From positions 1 through 57,700 of the forward strand of contig CBKXXB010000003.1 in the NCBI GenBank assembly GCA_966685145.1: DNA of 57,700 nt, in the 5' to 3' direction. The DNA comes from an uncultured bacterium (GTDB lineage: Bacteria > Patescibacteriota > Saccharimonadia > Saccharimonadales > OFTM59). Position numbers and translations under genes: made by a program. The notes under the pieces are model-generated. The model made no database searches, was not told the origin of the DNA, and saw only the letters and a program-made list of their open reading frames with translations. This document shows, piece by piece, positions 54,595 through 57,700 of this stretch. Numbering within the stretch: position 1 is the stretch's first letter; the number at the start of each line of letters is the position of its first letter.

Positions 54595-56650
54595 AGTGCG
54601 TAGGCGTATGGTGATGATTAGTGCCGGGGCCCAGGACGCGAGTCATGCTGGCAAACTGATAAGCACGGTGATAGTTATGGTGCCGTGCCACTAAGATAAC
54701 TGCCCCCGAGGCGCCAGCAGCACCGATAAAGGAGGACATGATTATGAGCGACAGAGGTGCTTCCTTAACATCTCGCCCGGCGGCTATAGCATTTTCAGCA
54801 GCCACTTCATAACTGCTGACCAGCCTGTGTGCAGGATACGCTGTTTTGACCTCTTCAAATTCCTGAAGAGCCTTTGAGAAACGATTTTCAGAGAAAAGCT
54901 TTAGTCCCTCCAGCCAGTTTTCTTGGGTGCTGCTCACGGCACCAAGTGTCACGCCCTGCCCGGCAGCAAGTGTCTTCAAATCATTTATATCTCTAATGTA
55001 GCTTTTGGCTGCGTCCACGGCACGCTCATTTTTAAAACGGTAAGTCAGAAGGCCGAGTGCCAGGCCGTCCTCAGTAATAACCGGCCCTCCGCTGCTGCCT
55101 TTTGAAGCGTCGGCATCTGATTGGTACAACCTATAGCTGCTGCCCGCAGCCACCCGGATAGCACTGATAGACCCGTTAGTAATCGTGGTATTCAGACTGT
55201 TGTTGTCTGTTAGCTTGTTGTCGGCGTCTCCCGGGAACCCGATGATAGTTATCTTTTGGTTCTGAGTAACCTGGTTATCAAACAAATCAATATGGGGTGT
55301 GTTTGATGCGCTAACCTTGATAAGAGCAACGTCGCTGGATGAGAAGCCCTCTTCCTGGTCGGCTATTATGACGAAAAGATCTTTGGCGGAATAATTAACT
55401 GCGAGGCGTCTTGCCTGCTTCAAATAATCGGTATCCCGCATGGTAATGGCTTCTTTGGCGTCCTGCTGAGACGTCAGTCTAAGCGGACGCGAGCCGAGCG
55501 CTACAATAAGCGAGTTCCTCATGTTTTTAAACTTAATAAGATCAGCCGGCGAGTCATATATCTTGGCAATAATTGCTGCCAGCAGTTCAGGCTTTTCGCC
55601 AATAGACATAATCTGAGCGTCGGTTAGGCCTATATATTTTAAGAAGCTGAGAAGGGAGTCCGGGTCTTGAAGCAGTGCGTGTATTAATGCGTCCTCGGCA
55701 TCATACTGCACAACATGACCGCTAGTAGCTATATGACCATCAGAGGACACAAAGAATCCGGATCCGGCCGATACATCACAAGTATCGTTGCCAATGTCAC
55801 GACCGTCAATGACCAGTATGCCACAGGTAATCTGGTATATCTTAACCACAGCTGGCGAAACAGCATCAGTAATGTAACTTTGGGCTAGGTTCGTTTTGGC
55901 GAAAGCCGTCTGGAATGGCGAAAGGCTGGTTTGCGCACCAAGTACCTTGTGCGCCGAGGACAGTGATAAAGAATTCAGTACAGTATCGTAGACGGACGGC
56001 AACAACGAGGCACCCTGCAAACCTTCAATACGTATAATTACCTTCTCCTGACTGACCATTCCCGACCATTCGACCGAGTAGCTATGATAGTCAGCCGATC
56101 CAATACGAGTAGTATGCTTATAGACAACTTTTTCCATGGAAATGCCGCCCAAATGTTCGGTTGCAGACTCTTTGACTTCGGCTTGGGTCAGTACGCTTTT
56201 GTTACTAAGTTGTCGCGAAGTGCCGCCAAACTCAATGGATAATTGTGATGCTGCTTCTAATGAAATTGCTGTTTCTTGGTTTGGTTTTACTTTGATTAAC
56301 TTTAGGACTTTAGCGGCAGCCAGTTCGTCGGCTTGTACTTCCCTGAGATTACCAGAAACATCTTCTGTAAATGCCTTAAGCTCTACTGCAGAAGGATCAA
56401 ACTGCAGCGAAAGGCCTTGGTCTGACGTGACCTGCTGCAAGTGAGCGTTAGTACCACTTGTAGTCGAAGAGGCCAAAACTTCCGAAGAAGGCGGAGCTGA
56501 AAATATCCTCAGACCAAGCAGTAGGACACTGCTAAAGAAAAGCCAACCAGCTACTACTAACAGACCCAAATGACTCAGCAGGTACGGCTTGTGATGCCGC
56601 CTGTTCTTTAGGTTCCCTACAACTACTACATGCGGGTATTTATTTTTCAT
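54581..56650 (-). CDS. Membrane-anchored trypsin-like serine protease
   Basis: N- and C-terminal TMs; GSGFF, TSGHV, DVALIK and GSSGGP motifs; start probably ATG 56650. Confidence 0.88.
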   Translation of the reverse strand: MKNKYPHVVVVGNLKNRRHHKPYLLSHLGLLVVAGWLFFSSVLLLGLRIFSAPPSSEVLASSTTSGTNAHLQQVTSDQGLSLQFDPSAVELKAFTEDVSGNLREVQADELAAAKVLKLIKVKPNQETAISLEAASQLSIEFGGTSRQLSNKSVLTQAEVKESATEHLGGISMEKVVYKHTTRIGSADYHSYSVEWSGMVSQEKVIIRIEGLQGASLLPSVYDTVLNSLSLSSAHKVLGAQTSLSPFQTAFAKTNLAQSYITDAVSPAVVKIYQITCGILVIDGRDIGNDTCDVSAGSGFFVSSDGHIATSGHVVQYDAEDALIHALLQDPDSLLSFLKYIGLTDAQIMSIGEKPELLAAIIAKIYDSPADLIKFKNMRNSLIVALGSRPLRLTSQQDAKEAITMRDTDYLKQARRLAVNYSAKDLFVIIADQEEGFSSSDVALIKVSASNTPHIDLFDNQVTQNQKITIIGFPGDADNKLTDNNSLNTTITNGSISAIRVAAGSSYRLYQSDADASKGSSGGPVITEDGLALGLLTYRFKNERAVDAAKSYIRDINDLKTLAAGQGVTLGAVSSTQENWLEGLKLFSENRFSKALQEFEEVKTAYPAHRLVSSYEVAAENAIAAGRDVKEAPLSLIIMSSFIGAAGASGAVILVARHHNYHRAYQFASMTRVLGPGTNHHHTPTHYAHT

Positions 56651-56719
56651 CTCATGATGCTCATTCTTTAGTAGAATCGTATCAGCAACCATCCCTGAGC
56701 GCAAACTGCTGTCGCTTTT

Positions 56720-57700
56720 CTATGCTCGCTCCAGTATAGCCAGGCTTTCAATATGTGGAGTTCGCGGGAAGAAATTGTACCCCTCAGTAATCTTAATCTT
56801 ATAGACAGGCTGCAACAACGCCAGATCCCTGGCTTGCGTACTGGGGTTACAGCTTAGGTACGCGATAAGCGGTGGCTTCTTATCCATTATCCGGTCTATA
56901 ACTTTGGCGTGCAAACCGGCACGTGGCGGATCAACGATTAGCGCGCTATCAGAGGGTATGTAATCAAGCGCTGTCTCCGCCGCCGCTTCAACGATTTTTA
57001 CTGGCCTTTGGCCTGCGTTCTGTTTGGCCATGTCTATATTATGCGGGTCACTCTCGACTAGTGTCGTAGCGCCTACCGGGAATCCTATAGCCCCCACTCC
57101 GCTATAGAAATCAACTTTGGACTTGAAGCCACTTGTAAAATAATTAATCTGCTTCAGCGCCATCTCAAACACCGGCAGATTGACCTGGAAAAAGGAGTCG
57201 ACATCGTACACAATACTGGCTCCTAAGATTTCATCCGTGAGCTTGGTGTCGCCGTACAAATAAAGTTGCTTGGTTCGCACGCTCGCCGGGCTCTTAGGGT
57301 TTGAAAAATAAACTACCAGGCCCTTGGCAGTCGTTTGTAAATTGGAGATGTCCGGGAAAAATTCATCTTTTACGAATAGTGCTGCTACAGTTTCGCCTTG
57401 TTGATTAGATCGCACGATAACTGTTTTCAGTTGGCTGCCCCGTATGCCCTCGCGGCCCAGTATTGAACAAATTTTGTTCGCAGTTTCGTCAATTTCCGGC
57501 CGTGCTATACTGCTTCCTTTCACAATTCGCTTGCCATGCGTGCCTCTGTAGAACAACGCCAAATGAAGCCCGTCTTCATCACCCCAAAAGCTGTATTCCA
57601 TTTTGCTGCGATAATGCCACGCTTCTTCTTTAGCAAATAAATGCATGTCTCCGTCATAAGCAAGCTTCTCGCGGCTAATAATTTCTTCTAGAATCTTCTG
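56720..57700 (-). CDS. RlmD/TrmA-family RNA uracil-5 methyltransferase (5' end outside window)
   Basis: YRSKMEY, SFFQVN, VDPPRAGL, YLSCNP.TQARD and FFPRTPHIE motifs; frame open to the window end. Confidence 0.92.
   Translation of the reverse strand, partial: QKILEEIISREKLAYDGDMHLFAKEEAWHYRSKMEYSFWGDEDGLHLALFYRGTHGKRIVKGSSIARPEIDETANKICSILGREGIRGSQLKTVIVRSNQQGETVAALFVKDEFFPDISNLQTTAKGLVVYFSNPKSPASVRTKQLYLYGDTKLTDEILGASIVYDVDSFFQVNLPVFEMALKQINYFTSGFKSKVDFYSGVGAIGFPVGATTLVESDPHNIDMAKQNAGQRPVKIVEAAAETALDYIPSDSALIVDPPRAGLHAKVIDRIMDKKPPLIAYLSCNPSTQARDLALLQPVYKIKITEGYNFFPRTPHIESLAILERA

Noticed and set aside
1-57700. Alternative genetic code (UGA read as Gly)
   Set aside because: Conserved genes are full length under code 11, several end in TGA, and RF2 is present

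Overview
This is a gene-dense bacterial window, almost entirely on the minus strand. The gene content points to Patescibacteria, most likely Saccharibacteria/TM7 (an inference): a reduced dcw cluster, alpha2-type GlyRS, a TRM11-like methyltransferase beside rpmA, a TrmB regulator and standard code 11 with RF2. Layout: a dcw cluster (ftsQ-murG-ftsW-mraY-ftsI-ftsL-rsmH-mraZ, 1-8056); an accessory stretch of small enzymes and orphans (about 8.3-26 kb); then housekeeping genes (glyQS, recO, xseAB, rpmA, pyrG, ctpA, CHAP hydrolase, ftsEX, prfB, secA, hpf, serS, rsmE, rlmD-like) with single orphan genes between them. I saw no tRNA, rRNA, CRISPR array, integrase or transposase. The main leads are: (1) a roughly 370-nt multi-hairpin region between mraZ and rsmH, with two unannotated micro-ORFs coupled to either end of rsmH; (2) a histidine-kinase/receiver pair in which both phospho-residues appear lost, coupled to recO; (3) many extended -10 promoters placed 6-9 nt before start codons, implying widespread leaderless mRNAs; (4) a fold that would sequester the secA ribosome-binding site. 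All calls were made by eye, with no database searches or folding programs.
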